From Candidatus Krumholzibacteriia bacterium (lineage in GTDB: Bacteria > Krumholzibacteriota > Krumholzibacteriia > WVZY01), in the NCBI GenBank assembly GCA_036478295.1, contig JAZGDW010000011.1, forward strand, positions 1 through 19,000: DNA of 19,000 nucleotides, in the 5' to 3' direction. Below are positions 17,033 through 19,000 of the stretch, piece by piece. The first letter of the stretch is position 1, and each line of letters begins with the position of its first letter. The notes below the pieces were generated by a model, which saw only the letters and a program-made list of their open reading frames with translations, was not told the origin of the DNA and made no database searches. The position numbers were made by a program, and so were the translations under genes.

Positions 17033-18262
17033 ATGTCACGAATTCTTCTGTTAGTCCCCACGACCAGCTACCGTGCCGCCGCGTTTGTGAGCGCCGCCCA
17101 GACGCTCGACGTCGAAATCACCCTCGCATCGGAAAAGACGAGTTCTCTCGAGAAATTCCTGCCCCTCGATCTCATGACACTGGACTTCTCCGACCCGCAC
17201 GCCTGTGCCGCGAAGACGATGGCGTTTGCGCGTGAGCATCCGGTCCACGCGGTCATTGGCGTGGACGACCAGACGACGGTCGCCGCATCCGCCGCCGGCG
17301 CCGCGCTGGAGCTGCCGCACAACCCCCTGGACGCTGCCTATGCCACTCGCAACAAGCACACCATGCGCAAGCGGCTCGATGAAGCGGGCGTGCCGGTGCC
17401 TGGATTCCGCACGCTGTTTGTCGACCTCGATCCGCGCGAGGCGGCGAGTGATGTCGAGTTTCCCTGTGTCATCAAGCCGCTCATGATGGCGGCCAGCCGC
17501 GGTGTCATCCGCGCCGATAACACGGAAGAATTCGTAGCGGCGTTCGACCGCGTGCGCTCGATTGTTCAATTGGAGGACGCGCCGCTGGATGATGAATCCC
17601 GCACGCAGGTGCTCGTCGAAGATTACGTACCCGGTTGGGAGATTGCCATAGAGGGTATGTTGACCGGGGGCCGCCTCCATGTCTTTGCCGTATTCGACAA
17701 GCCCGACCCCCTGGAAGGCCCGTATTTCCCGGAGACGATTTATACGACGCCATCGCTCCTGCCGGCGGAGGTGTGGCAGCGCGCCTGCCGCCTCACCCAG
17801 GAAGCGATCCGGGTACTCGGACTGCGCCACGGGCCCGTGCACGCGGAGATCCGCGGCACATCGGACGAGATGTGGTTCATCGAAGTGGCCGCGCGGTCGA
17901 TCGGCGGTTACTGCTCCAAAGTACTGCGCTTCGACGGCGGGCTTTCTTTGGAGGACATTATTCTACGCCATGCGCTCGATCCGAAAGTAGCTCTGCCCGA
18001 GCGCGATGAGGGCGCCGCGGGTGTGATGATGCTGCAGTCGCCTCGCAAGGGCGTTTTTGTCGAGGCGCGTGGAGTCGAGGCCGCGCGCGACGTGAAACAC
18101 GTCGACGAGATTATCGTTTCCGCCTACCCGGGACAGGAGCTCTCTCCCCTGCCCGAGGGATTCTTGTACGTTGGTTTTATCTTCGCGCGGGCCGGGACGC
18201 CGGCCGCCGTCGAGCATGCCCTGCGGCAGGCCTATGGAGAACTGGAGTTCGTTATAGAATAA
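17033..18262 (+). CDS. ATP-grasp ligase (L-amino-acid-ligase-like), 409 aa
   Basis: 'NKHTMRKRL', 'FPCVIKPLMMAASRGV', 'VLVEDYVPGWEIAIEG', 'HAEIR', 'FIEVAARSIGG'. Start placed at ATG 17033 (MSRILLLVPTTSYRA). Confidence 0.9.
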   Translation: MSRILLLVPTTSYRAAAFVSAAQTLDVEITLASEKTSSLEKFLPLDLMTLDFSDPHACAAKTMAFAREHPVHAVIGVDDQTTVAASAAGAALELPHNPLDAAYATRNKHTMRKRLDEAGVPVPGFRTLFVDLDPREAASDVEFPCVIKPLMMAASRGVIRADNTEEFVAAFDRVRSIVQLEDAPLDDESRTQVLVEDYVPGWEIAIEGMLTGGRLHVFAVFDKPDPLEGPYFPETIYTTPSLLPAEVWQRACRLTQEAIRVLGLRHGPVHAEIRGTSDEMWFIEVAARSIGGYCSKVLRFDGGLSLEDIILRHALDPKVALPERDEGAAGVMMLQSPRKGVFVEARGVEAARDVKHVDEIIVSAYPGQELSPLPEGFLYVGFIFARAGTPAAVEHALRQAYGELEFVIE

Positions 18263-18457
18263 CGCCGCGCACCGCTAAGGACCATATCGCAGGATTTTCC
18301 CCGACAGTAACACCGCGCTCTGATCAATCCACCGCTTGTGAAAAAAGTGCGTACTCCCGCAGCGGGAGCGATATTATGTTAACCTGGCTGCCCGCCCCCC
18401 GTTTTCCCAGGAACCGGGACCGCGAGTTCTAGACCACTTTGGGGAGAGAACACGAAG

Positions 18458-19000
18458 TTAATCTGCGTAGAGGGCTTTCACGGCGCCCCAGGTCGTTGCT
18501 TCCACCGGTACTGGCGCCTGACAAGGGCACGTGGCATCTCCATTCACTGTGGCTGCAGCGCCCTGCGCCGGTATCGGGTTGCCGTCACAGTCCTCCACGA
18601 TTATTAGCCCGAGCTCCGGATGAGGCAACACAGGATAGGCGCAACACGGTTCGCTCGTCCCCTGGACAAAGAAGCTCATGGTCAAAACGTGGATCGTTCC
18701 CGAAAGGCACCCACCATAGGCTCTACTGGTACCGGTCTGCGAGTTGCCGGGACAGAGGAAGGGACAAGTATCACTGAGGTACGTCGCCCCTACCATGCAC
18801 GCTGGCATCGGTGCTGAGAACGCCGAAGCGGTGGCACCGTCAGGAGCAGTGTGGACCACAAAAATATTCAACACCCCCGGCTCATCATCGATAATCTGGC
18901 AATCCATACCCCCGTCATCAGCGAAGAGCCCTATCGCGTCACCGCTCGCAGCCGATACGATGGAAAGCAATGTGAACAGTCCCCCTAAACATACCGTTCG
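18458..19000 (-). CDS. Secreted Cys-rich protein with C-terminal TWGxxKxxY motif; 5'-partial
   Basis: Frame stays open to the window edge (RTVCLGGLFTLLSIVSAASG|DAIG, signal-peptide-like). Ten Cys in the mature part; ends PVPVEATTWGAVKALYAD. Confidence 0.8.
   Translation of the reverse strand, partial: RTVCLGGLFTLLSIVSAASGDAIGLFADDGGMDCQIIDDEPGVLNIFVVHTAPDGATASAFSAPMPACMVGATYLSDTCPFLCPGNSQTGTSRAYGGCLSGTIHVLTMSFFVQGTSEPCCAYPVLPHPELGLIIVEDCDGNPIPAQGAAATVNGDATCPCQAPVPVEATTWGAVKALYAD

Noticed and set aside
18354..18368. Intrinsic terminator CTCCCGC-A-GCGGGAG between convergent genes
   Set aside because: The inverted repeat is real, but the loop is minimal and no U-tract is immediately adjacent on either strand, so it is not called.

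Overview
GC-rich bacterial genomic window. A C-terminal TWGAVKALY tail on the last protein suggests an FCB-group candidate phylum such as Ca. Krumholzibacteriota/Latescibacterota (inference). Gene order: a partial minus-strand ORF at the left edge; a DUF2207 membrane protein and an alpha/beta hydrolase (minus), separated by an 18-bp tandem repeat; a plus-strand operon of a secreted beta-propeller, an RND adaptor and two different RND permeases with no TolC; a minus-strand pair encoding a monoheme c-type lipoprotein and a diheme cytochrome fused to a beta-barrel (Cyc2-like); then, from an overlapping divergent promoter, a B12-binding-type radical SAM gene, an NfuA/NifU-like Fe-S carrier and an ATP-grasp ligase; and a partial secreted Cys-rich protein at the right edge. 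The main signal missed by the ORF track is that the radical SAM 'stop' TGA at 16076-16078 is very probably selenocysteine: it gives a WFC-U-AEP tail and is followed by a SECIS-like hairpin. Other notable signals are the diheme porin-cytochrome module, back-to-back promoters sharing one -35 heptamer, and a sharp patch of A/T-ending codons early in the second RND gene.
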